Notes under the pieces: model-generated
The model's input: only the letters and a program-made list of their open reading frames with translations
The model's database searches: none
Told to the model about the DNA's origin: nothing
Shown here: positions 40,199 to 64,000 of the stretch, piece by piece
Numbering within the stretch: the stretch's first letter is position 1
How the letters are laid out: each line of letters begins with the position of its first letter
NCBI GenBank assembly: GCA_033442325.1
Contig: JAWQFM010000004.1
Span: forward strand, 815,079-879,078
Direction: 5' to 3'
DNA: 64,000 bases
DNA from: Salpingoeca rosetta
Taxonomy: Eukaryota; Protista; Choanoflagellata
Made by a program: the position numbers and the translations under genes

Positions 40199-40940
40199 GG
40201 CCGCTCGCGCGCTGCACGTGGTGGCGATGGGTGGTGACAATTGAGTCGTGAGTAGTTGTCGTGAGTGTACTCTCGTGTTGACACGCGTTCAAGAATGGCT
40301 TGCGTTGAGATGAGATGGTGTGACAAAGGCGTGTTGATTGGTTGATGCTTGCTTCGTGTGTGGTGGGGGGGGGGGTGTGAAGGTGGTGTGAAGATGGATG
40401 GCGAGTTGCGGCGGCGAGGCGTGCCAATGTATGTTGTAAACTAAGGCTTGGTGTGTTTGATGACTTGCTTTTGTTTTGTTGTTGTTCTCGCTTTGGGTCC
40501 GGTGGTTGTTTGTTCGTATGCTTCTTGCGTGTTGTTGTTTCGTTTGGCGTGGTGAGTGGTGTAGCGACCGTGATTGTGGTGTGTGCTTGGTGTTTTGGTG
40601 TTTTGGTGTGTTTGCTTGGTGTTGTTGCCGACTTGGCAAGAAGTGAAACACAGACTCTCAACTCAAGGCCCCCAGCTATGCTTTCTCTGACGTTTCATTG
40701 TGAGCGAGGTTCAGCAAGCACAACAAGCACAAGCAACAACGGGGGGGGGAAGGGTGAAGAAAGATACAGGTCAATCATTTGTGTATGTATGTGACGGGAC
40801 TCGGCACAGCATTCAAGCCAACCAACAAAACAAGCGAAGCGATAACACACCACACATGGTACGATACACACAACCCAAAACCAAAACCAAACCAACCAAA
40901 ACACCGTGCAAAGAAGGGAGTGGAAGGACGTGTGCTGCTC

Positions 40941-41183
40941 CTAGGGCTTGCGGCGGCGGCGCTTCTTGTTTGTCTTTGCGTCCACGAGGGCCTGCGCTTG
41001 CTTCTTGAGCGCATCGCGCGAGGCAAACTCGTCGTCGTCGTCGCTGTCAGATTCGCCATCTGCAAGAGGTGTTGACGGGTTAATGTGAGGGCGCAAAAAG
41101 GCAAATCGGGAAGGGGTGGGGGAGGGGAGTGGGTTGGCGTGTACATGACAAGCCGAAACACGTGCGAGCGTCGACGTGCACAT

Positions 41184-41268
<85 letters not shown>

Positions 41269-41658
41269 GCGTCTTGTGTGTCGAGCGGGACGCGTGTGTT
41301 GTGTTCTGGGAGGATGTATGGGATGCTCTCTGCTTCGAGACCACCGGGAAGTTCGTTCTTGCGCGCCTCAAGCTCCTCGTTCAGCTTCTTCAGGCGAAGC
41401 TCTGCCTCCGTCAGTTTGTCCTGCACGTTGCTCGCCGCGCGGAATTGCACCTGATAGCAAGATGAGGAGGAAAAGGGGTGGATAGGAGAGGTCAGTTGAG
41501 TAGTGGGCCGTGCTGATGGAACGCAGCTCCGAGAGCAGGCCATTGAGGCACACAACACGAACAACACCACACCCAGGAACCCCGCAACAGCCACAACCAT
41601 GACAGCAACAGCCACAACCACAACCACGACAGCAACAGCCACAACCACAACCACGACA

Positions 41659-41722
<64 letters not shown>

Positions 41723-42888
41723 CTTCAACAACAACAACTTAAACAACAGCAACAACAACAACAACTTAAACAACAACAACTGCCTTACCGGCTTGATGGA
41801 GCCGAGTTTCTCGTAGAGCGCCTCCACGCCGGCGGAGAGGGCGACAAGAACCTTCGTGGCCCTCTCCGTGCTCTGCTGCGCCTTGCTGCCACGCCGCTCC
41901 ACGTCCCGCAGGTGCGCCTCAAACTCGGCGAGCATGCGCTGGTTGCCCGTGTTTCGCGCCTCGCCAGAGTACTTGAGGGCCTCAAACTGCTTCTGCAACT
42001 TCTGGTGTTCCTGCCGCAGCTTGTGCAGCTGCTCTGTGTTGTCCTGCTGCAGTTGCTTGAGGTGGTCCTGTGTCTCCCCTTGCGTTGCAAAGCGCTGCAC
42101 GACCTCGTTGACGTCGGAGGCGCCCGTGGCGTCGCGGATGCGGCGCATCGCCTGCTCATATGTCTCCAACTTTTCCTTGCACTCGTCGCTCGCCTCCTTG
42201 TCTGCTCAGTTGGATGGAAGGCATGATTTAGGAGGGGGGGGGGAAGATTTTGTGTGCGTGTGTGTGTGTGTGTGCGTGTGTGAGTGTGTGCGTGCGTGTG
42301 TGTGTGTGCGTGTGTGTGTATGTGTGTGTGTGCGTGTGTGTGTGTATGTATGTGTGTGTGTGTGTGAATGGAGACCAAGACACAAGCAGATACAGACACA
42401 GACATGTGCAACAAGGCAAAGAGCGATGAATGCGGCGTTGAACAACACACAACGACGACAACACACAGAGCACATTATTTGTTGGCCACACACCACCGGA
42501 GTTTTGTTCGACGCCGGCCGATGCCATGCGCAGTCGCTTCTCCATGGCCTCAAACTGGCGACGGCGCTCCTCAGCCAACGCCTTCAGCCGGGATTTCTCT
42601 TCGTCGCGCTTCTTGCGCGCGGTGCTGATCTCCTTCTCCTTTGCTGCAAGGTGCTTCCGCGCCTCGTCGCGCGCCTTGCACGCGTCCACGCACATGGCCT
42701 ACAGGTATGTGTGTGTGTGTGTGTGCGTGAGAGAGCGGAGGGTGTGTTGAGGCAGAGAGAGAGAGTGTGTGTGTGCATGAAAAGACGATGCGCAAAGCTA
42801 GTTGCAGCAGATGTGCTGTCACTTTGAAAAACAACCGCACAAGGCAGCACGTACACATCCTGACACAACGGCACGTCAATCAAACCAT

Positions 42889-42926
<38 letters not shown>

Positions 42927-44096
42927 CGACCCGCACGAGCTCCTCCTTGCGCTGTGAGAGAGTCTTCTCGAGTTCTGTGATGCTGTTGTCAAAGTGCAGC
43001 CTGTCCTGCTCCAGCTTGCGGATAATCTGCTTGTATGTCTTGCCGACGTGCTGGGCCTCGTTGAACTTGATGTTGGCCTTGTCCAGCCTGTTCTCGAGCG
43101 TGCGCAGCTTCTGGCTCTCCTGCGACGCGCCGCCGCTGTTCTTCTGCTGGTGTGCCTCTTCAAGCGTGAGTTCGTGCAGCTGCTTCTTCAGCTCCTCCAG
43201 CCGCTTCTCCTTCTGCTTGGCCTCGTGCCGGAGCGTGTTGCGCCTCATCTTTGTCTTTGTAATCTTCTCCTGCATGGAGTTGGTGCCCGTCTCCTCGACA
43301 ACATGTGTGTTGAACTTGAGCTGCACGCATGTGTTTGTGTGTGTGTGTGGTGGGGGGGGGAGGGGGTTATGATGTGGGTGCGTGTGTGTATGTTTGTGTG
43401 TGCGAATTGTTGAGCGAGAAAGAGAGTGTGTGTGTGTGAGTGAGTGAGTGAGTGTGTGTGTGTGAGTGTGTGTGAGAGAGAGTGTGTGTGTGTTTGTGTG
43501 TGTGTGTTTGTGAGTGAATGCGCTCATGTGTGAGAGCTCATGTTGAGTGTGTGGTTCACGATGCAGACACGGTGGAAACAGCAGGAACGTTCATCATGTC
43601 ATTTCCAGCACAGCTTCTTCGCGCCACATATGGCACCGACCTTGATATCCTTGAGTTTCTGCGTGAGCTGCTTGTTCTCCTTCTTGAGCTTGGCGATTTT
43701 GTCCTTGTTGGTCTTGATGACCGCTTGCGAGTTCTCATAGTATGCCTTGCGATCACCCTCTGTCCAAATTGGTTGGTGCATAAGGCGGTGAGTTTGGGTG
43801 GCGGATGTGAGCAACTGCAATGCCAGCACCCATCGCAGCAAAACAACAAACAACCAAACAGCTACATCACACACATACACGCACACGCCCAACAAACTCA
43901 ACACCATCATCGCATGAAGCAACTGCTGCGACAAAACCAGCCACAAAACCAGTTTCAACACCAGCTACAACACCCACTCACACACCACACACACACTCAT
44001 ACACAGACACAGACACACACCAAGGAGGGTGAGCTTCTTCTTGAGCTCGTCTGGTGCCTCATCGTGGAGGCGCTGTGTTCTCCCCAGCGTTGCCAT
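40941..44096 (-). CDS. ODAD3: Outer dynein arm docking complex subunit ODAD3/CCDC151-like coiled-coil protein
   Basis: ELKKKLTLL|[30 protein letters not shown]; [25 protein letters not shown]; [24 protein letters not shown]; [10 protein letters not shown]; acidic patch followed by [23 protein letters not shown]. All match the recalled CCDC151 pattern. About seven exons. Confidence 0.85.
41560..41780. repeat. Compound trinucleotide repeat (ACA)n/(GCA)n in an ODAD3 intron
   Basis: Read directly. Confidence 0.9.
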
Positions 44097-44148
44097 CGTC
44101 GCGGGTGTGTTTGTCGGTGTTGGTGGTTGCGCCGCTTGCTTGTTGCTT

Positions 44149-44163
44149 GTTGTTCTTAGCGAC
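44149..44163. promoter_or_regulatory. Putative RFX X-box upstream of ODAD3
   Basis: GTTGTTCTTAGCGAC (reverse GTCGCTAAGAACAAC), ~55 bp upstream of the ATG. A second X-box-like GTTGCCATCGTCGC overlaps the start codon (44089-44102). Confidence 0.5.
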
Positions 44164-44658
44164 CAAGCAGAAGAGAGAAAAGTGCCTGCTAATTTCGCTG
44201 ACTCGACACTTTTTGTTAAATTTTCATGGTGTCGTAAAGAGGGATGGCGGTGCTTTGGTTGGTGGAGTTCCTGCTGTCGAACTCCAACCAATCTCCCACT
44301 ACCATCATCTCCCCACATCCTTCCCACACCTTCATCCCTTCCCACCTTCATCGATTCAGTGTACAGTTAAGAGGAACATACAGGCAGGCAGGCAAGCAAG
44401 CAAGGGTGATAAGAACAAGAAGAAAGACAAGAAAGAGCACGCCACACGGATAGGAACAAGAAGAGGTGGAAGGGGAAGGAGCGTTATGCCACAACACGCA
44501 CACAATCTTTGTCACAAGAACCAAGAACCCAAGCACAAGCAGGCAACACAAAGCAATGGATATGCACAAGGATGGCCGGTACAACACATACAACACACAC
44601 ACACAATGGTGACAGAGGGGCGACTTTCTGTGGTGTTGTTGGAGCGTGGCTTCGGGGT

Positions 44659-45853
44659 TTAGTCACGCTTGAAGCGTGTTGGACGCTGTGGCTCTTGTGG
44701 CGCTGCGGCGAGGTGGAGTGCACGCATCACATCGTCGACACTGCAATCACTCAGCACAAACAGGGCACACAAACCTGCCACATGTGTGTGAATTGGAGGT
44801 TGGGGGGGGGTGTTAGAGCAGAAGTGTGAGATGTGAAGTGCGAGATGTGTAGAGTATGTGGTGTGCGGCAGGAAGCGCGTGGGGCGGCATTTGTATATCA
44901 AAAGGAAAAGCGGCAATCAAACGGCGGTGTTTGAGAGGGGCGCAGAACGGCAACTGCACACAAATACTCAGAAGGGCGTGCTACACGCAGTTGGTACCAC
45001 GATCTTCATTCACACACACTCTCTCTCACCGCAGATGAAGAGGAGCATAATGTCCGAGATGACCCAGGAGAAGAGGCCGAACAAGAAGGAGCCCAACGCG
45101 AGGATGATGATCACATACTGTCGACACGGTTAAGCACATGGTGCAGCAAGAGGTGTGGGGGAACGCAAAGAGTGAATGAGAGGAGGGTGGATAGGTGGGT
45201 GGGAAATGAGCAAGTGCACGCCTACGCTTGCGCGCTCCCACATACGCACACACACGCACACACGATACGAAACGCACGCACACGCGACACGCAACGCACA
45301 TGCACACACACACACACACCACAATAACCCCTCCGCCCCCCTTCCTCTTCTGTAATTGCCTCACCACAATTGGCCGGGATGTGCGGAGCGCTGCGAGCCG
45401 ACTGCAGGCCGTCTCGACGGCCGAGTGGGCAGAGGCAATCTTGCCTGCAAGCTGGTTGATGGCGATGCGCTGGTCGTTGGTAATCTTCTTGTTCTTGCTC
45501 TTCATGTTGCGCTGGTAGCACAGGATAAAGTGGGCAGGGATGGCCAGCGCCGCGACGCAGAGGAAGAGGAAGGACATCACGGATGCGTTCCAGAAGGGAA
45601 GCCAGACACAAAACGCCGTCCACCCAAGCAGCGTCGCCAGGAAGCGCTTCGGGTGCCGGCGCGGGTGCATCACGGACTGGAACAGCACACAGATGTGCCG
45701 CTGATGGAACAAGAACTCGTCCCAGTCCTTGTGTCGCTCGCAACAAAAGGCGCCCGCCGCTGCTGCCGATGCCGACGACGACGACGCCGATGTCGCCGCT
45801 TGTGTCGCATGTTGCCTCTGCTGCTGCTGCTGCTGCTGTAACGACCGCCTCAT
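44659..45853 (-). CDS. ARL6IP1/RETREG-like reticulon-homology ER membrane protein
   Basis: Exons 45853-45365, 45117-45030 and 44774-44659 join in frame. Two long hydrophobic hairpins are separated by KITNDQRIAINQLAGKIASAHSAVETACSRLAALRTSRPIVY, similar to the ARL6IP1 linker. Ends ...RFKRD*. Confidence 0.65.
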
Positions 45854-45907
45854 GTCTGTGTGTCGTGTATGTTGTGATGTGTGTATGAATGGATGTATGC
45901 GTGTGTC

Positions 45908-46037
45908 GGTGGTGTGGTGACCTTTGCTGTGGTCAGGAGCTGGAGCTGGCCGTCTGTATGTGAGGGTATGCGTGGTGGTGTGGTGACCTTTGCTGTGGTC
46001 AAGAGATGGAGCTGGCCGGCTGTATGTGTTGAGGGTG
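45908..46037. repeat. ~66 bp tandem duplication upstream of the ARL6IP1-like gene
   Basis: GGTGGTGTGGTGACCTTTGCTGTGGTCA.GAG.TGGAGCTGGCCG.CTGTATGTG occurs at 45908 and 45974. Confidence 0.85.
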
Positions 46038-46481
46038 TGGTGTTTGGTCCGTTCCTTTCAACCTCGCAATCGTTGTCCACGAAATTTTCGGTGTATGCTT
46101 AAACTGAATTCAGTCTTTCAGAGGGAAGTTGTTTCAGTCAGGCAAGCGAGGCAGGGCAAGCAGGTCAGCATGGCATGGGTGGCAGCAAAGTTAGATGGAT
46201 GGCCCCAACAAGCAAGCAAGGGAGCCACCAGTGAACGTCATCAACGGGGGAATTGTGTGTCCGTTCAATGGCATAAAGGAAACCAAAGAAAAGAAGGGAA
46301 CACGGCAGTTTGTAGGGATCAACAAACGACAAAAACAAATGGGTCACAAGCAGGATAACAAAATCGTGACATCATGTTGTTGTTGTTGTTGTTGTTGTTG
46401 TTGGTGGTGGTGGGTTGGTATCGGATGGCATCCGTTTCTGCTCTTGTTGGTCGGTCGGTCGGTCGGTTACGGGTGGGTGGT

Positions 46482-48137
46482 TTACTGCTGCTTCTTGTTG
46501 TTGGAAGCAGTGGTGGTGGAGTCGTCGTCGCTGTGCAGCTCGGCAATCTCGTCCTTGACGGCGCTGATGGCCTCCGTGGCCTGCTGCAGGTTCTCCACAA
46601 GCTCCTCTGGCAGCTCAAGCTGGGTGCCGACCTGGAAGCGGCCGGGCCCAATGCACGAGTCGAGGCCGCCAAGCTCACGCGAGCGGCGGTACGCGGCCCA
46701 GATGGCGTCAGAGAAGACGGTGCGCATGCCGCCGCGCTCAAGCTGGTACAGCGCAGCCGCCGTAGTGCCGCCAGGGGAGGTGATGTCGTTCTTCAGCATC
46801 GACGGGTGCTCGCCAGAGGCCAGGGCCAGGTTGACCGCGCCGCGGACCGTGTGCAGCACGAGCTTGCGGGACACGTCGCGCGCAAAGCCCATGTGCACGC
46901 CGGCGTCAATCATGGCCTCGAACATGAGCTGGCACATGGCGGGCCCGCTGCCGGAGAGGGCGGTGGCCATATCCAGCATGCGCTCGTCGGAGAGCAGCAC
47001 CTCTGCACCAAAGGCGCTGAGGAGCTCCTTGGCCTGGCGCCGCTGCTCCGGCGACACCTCCTGCGTAAACGTCCAGCTGGTGATGGATTCGTTGATGAGG
47101 GCGGGCGTGTTGGGCATGGCGCGCACGACACGCTTGACGCCGAGGCCCTCGCGGATCTGGCTCAGCGTGAAGCCGGCAGCAATGGACACGACCAGGCAGT
47201 CCTTGGAAATGGTGTCGCGGATGCTGTCAAAGACGAGCGCCATGGTCTGCGGCTTGACGGCGAGGATGAGAATGTCAGCGCCCTTGGCGGCAGAGGCGTT
47301 GTTTGCCGTGGTGAGGATGTGGAAGCGGTCCTTGAGGTAGGTGCGGCGGCCCGCGTTGGGGTCGCACGCCGTCACCTGCGTTGCCTCCACGGCACCGCCG
47401 TTGACCATGCCGCCCATCATCGCCTCCGCCATCTTGCCGCTGCCCAGGAACACAATCTTCTTGTCCTTGAGCGCGACCGAGGGCTGGCGCTGCTTGACTT
47501 GCTCCTCGCCCTGGCTCTGCTGCTCGTTTTGCGCCTGCTTGCCGTCGTCGGGCACTTCTTCAACCACGGCCTCCGCGTTGGCGCTCTGCAGCGTCTTGCG
47601 ACTTCTCCTCAGGGCGCACGCCGTTGTGTGCAGGAAGCGGGCGCTGGGCATGGTCGGGGGCCGGCTCAGCATCTGCGAGGGCGGGAATTTGGCCGCGTGG
47701 TAGCGCATGTCCGGGCGCGGGCGGGCCAGCGGCTGCTGCTTGAGCAGGCCGCGTGCCTTGAGCGACGCGCGTTTCGTCGCACTGCCAGCAGTGTTGCTGC
47801 TATTTCTGGGGGCTGCGGGTGCGGGTTCTGCGCGCATGAAGCGCGTCGACGTGTGCATCTGGCGGGCGGTGCAGGCGGTGGGAGGGCGCGACATGACCTC
47901 CGTCGGCGGGAATTTTGCCGCGTGGTAGCGCAGGTCTGGGCGGCCCGATGTCCTGCCGACGCGCATGGCGGCTGCGGACGACTTGTTCGCCGCAGAGCTG
48001 CCGCGCATGATGGTGGCCGGGGAGATGATCTTGGTGCGCGTGCGCGGTGCGGTCTGCGCGGCCGCGGCCGCAGCCCGGCTGGCTTGGGCACTGACGGACA
48101 GCGCTCTCCTTGTTGTTCGTGTCATGGGAGTGGCCAT
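46482..48137 (-). CDS. proC: Pyrroline-5-carboxylate reductase with a long N-terminal extension, intronless (551 aa)
   Basis: KIVFLGSGKMAEA (Rossmann), ILAVKPQ, VSIAAG, VVRAMPNTP, DMATALSGSGPA, ITSPGGTTAAAL. Confidence 0.95.
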   Translation of the reverse strand: MATPMTRTTRRALSVSAQASRAAAAAAQTAPRTRTKIISPATIMRGSSAANKSSAAAMRVGRTSGRPDLRYHAAKFPPTEVMSRPPTACTARQMHTSTRFMRAEPAPAAPRNSSNTAGSATKRASLKARGLLKQQPLARPRPDMRYHAAKFPPSQMLSRPPTMPSARFLHTTACALRRSRKTLQSANAEAVVEEVPDDGKQAQNEQQSQGEEQVKQRQPSVALKDKKIVFLGSGKMAEAMMGGMVNGGAVEATQVTACDPNAGRRTYLKDRFHILTTANNASAAKGADILILAVKPQTMALVFDSIRDTISKDCLVVSIAAGFTLSQIREGLGVKRVVRAMPNTPALINESITSWTFTQEVSPEQRRQAKELLSAFGAEVLLSDERMLDMATALSGSGPAMCQLMFEAMIDAGVHMGFARDVSRKLVLHTVRGAVNLALASGEHPSMLKNDITSPGGTTAAALYQLERGGMRTVFSDAIWAAYRRSRELGGLDSCIGPGRFQVGTQLELPEELVENLQQATEAISAVKDEIAELHSDDDSTTTASNNKKQQ

Positions 48138-48596
48138 CTTGTTGAGTAAGGGTGGGAGGGTATGTGTTGTTGTCGTTGTTGTTGTTGCTGGGGATCTGTT
48201 ACTTCTGTTCTGTTCTAGTGAGGAGACTACACTGCAGTAATGTAATGCGACGTGGAAGGAAAGTGGTCACAGACAACTTGTGTGGAGAAGGGAGATTGGT
48301 TGACTTGAGATCGGATTGAGTTGGGAGTTTGAGATGAGAGAGGACAGGGCGAGAGGTGATGGGTGTGTGGCGTGATGATGTGTGGCGCAAAGTCTGATGA
48401 TGATCTGAGAGGTAAATGGTGACTTTTCTGGGAAGGAAGCGAGCAAGGTTGATGGTGGTGGTGGTGCTGCTGCTGCTGTGGCCGCATGTCGTCGCTTGAA
48501 GCGCAGGTTGGTTGGTTGGTTGGTGGTGTTGCTCACATCTGCCACTTTCCATCGCATGTCCGTGATCGCAGAAACGAACCCAAACCAAGAACAGCG

Positions 48597-48741
48597 CCTG
48601 AAGTCAGTGGAATCGTCTAAACTGAAATCAGTCGATACAGTGGTTCGTAACCAACTGAGTTCAGTTGTTGACTCATTAAATGGAGATTTTGTTCATTTCA
48701 GGGGGTACTGATGTCAGTCGAATGTTGGAACTGAGATCAGT
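48597..48741. promoter_or_regulatory. Cluster of five (A)CTGA-NN-TCAGT palindromes plus one TGACTCA, upstream of P5CR
   Basis: CCTGAAGTCAGT 48597, ACTGAAATCAGT 48621, ACTGAGTTCAGT 48654, ACTGATGTCAGT 48707, ACTGAGATCAGT 48730; TGACTCA at 48669-48675. Confidence 0.6.
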
Positions 48742-49382
48742 TGATGTGCGGGAAGTTTAAGGCGGTTTTGAAGAAAAACGTCATCGGGCACATGGCAAAC
48801 CCATTTGAAGAAATTGCCGAATATTAGGAACGTCTTGAAAGAAGAAAATCTATTTCGGGCACGTGCAAAGCCCGGTCAAAACGGCGCACAAACACAAGCA
48901 TGTAGAATACAACTTGTGGTGTATGATGGAGTCCGCGACACGCGACACTCAGAAGTATGTGTTTGTTTGCATTGTGTGGGTGTGTGCGGGTGTGCGGGTG
49001 TGTGTGTGTGTGGGTGTGTGGGTGTGTGGGTGTGTTTGCATGCGCGTCTCTGTCTCTCCCTGTCACTCACTCTCTCACTCACACACACACACTCTCTCTC
49101 GCTCTCTCTCCTCTGTCCGTCACAACCACACCACGACCTGCAACAAATTCATTAGATGTACATAATTGTAGAATTGTCGTTGTAACAAACGCGCAGGTGA
49201 TGCGCAGGACATAATTAACCAAGCATGGGGTGGTTGAAAACGGAAAGTTGGCGCCACACACACACACTCTCGCACACTCACACACGCACACAAACGGACA
49301 CAACACATGCACACGCACACACTCACACACTCACACACACGCACACACACATATGCCGCATAGGTCAAATCAGTTAATGAAA

Positions 49383-63694
<14,312 letters not shown>

Positions 63695-63821
63695 CTGTGT
63701 GTGTGTGGGGGGGAGGGGATGAGCGGGTGTGTTTGTGTGTGAGTGTGCGTGTTTGTGTGTGTGTGTGTGTGTGTGTGTGCGTGCGTGCGTGTGTGTGTTT
63801 GAGAGAGTATGAGAGAGGAAG

Positions 63822-64000
63822 ATTTTTTTTTTTTTTGCGTAGAGGTTGAAAAAAATAAAAAAAAAAATATATTTTTGGTTTTTGTATTTTATATTTTTTT
63901 TTTATTTTTTTTTTTTTTTATATTTTTTTTTTTTTTAATTGTAGCGATTCAATGTCACGTGAAGTTTTTTAGTGAACTAGTCAAAGGGGTGTTCCCACAC
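63822..64000. other. AT-rich homopolymeric terminal sequence, probably a low-quality read or contig end
   Basis: Abrupt switch to long T/A runs unlike the rest of the window. Confidence 0.55.

Noticed and set aside
46374-48149. 591-aa plus-strand ORF overlapping P5CR
   Set aside because: Antisense shadow that begins in a (TTG)n repeat; the minus strand carries all P5CR motifs.
48900-49380. Possible small spliced plus-strand gene (MMESATRDTQ..., donor near 48955)
   Set aside because: No convincing spliced ORF; the repeats are equally consistent with the 3' UTR of the minus-strand receptor.
63822-64000. Poly-T/poly-A stretch as a retroelement tail or telomeric feature
   Set aside because: No element body or regular telomeric unit; resembles low-quality terminal sequence.

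Overview
Eukaryotic, GC-rich, intron-dense DNA saturated with (CA)n/(GT)n microsatellites. Gene content and style point to a choanoflagellate, most like Salpingoeca rosetta (inference). Nine protein-coding genes were reconstructed by hand from GT..AG splicing: (1) the 3' end of a C3orf38/DUF4518-like gene; (2) a giant HERC2-type HECT E3 ligase with an ~11.8 kb exon; (3) dynein light chain Tctex-1; (4) RNF113/Cwc24; (5) a DLG-type MAGUK with 5 PDZ-SH3-GK followed by 15 more PDZ domains (20 in total); (6) ODAD3/CCDC151; (7) an ARL6IP1-like reticulon-domain protein; (8) an intronless pyrroline-5-carboxylate reductase with a duplicated N-terminal motif; (9) a 5'-truncated giant cysteine-rich single-pass receptor with a kinase-less, tyrosine-motif tail. 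Most notable: the 20-PDZ MAGUK with a repeated intron position and its own PDZ-binding C-terminus; a HERC2 whose third RCC1 slot holds SPRY plus two MYCBP2-like SH3b modules; a five-copy ACTGA-NN-TCAGT palindrome cluster upstream of P5CR; and a sense-strand polarity of GU repeats near donors and CA repeats near acceptors. Family assignments rest on recalled motif similarity, not database searches. Most short ORFs in the track are microsatellite or antisense artefacts.
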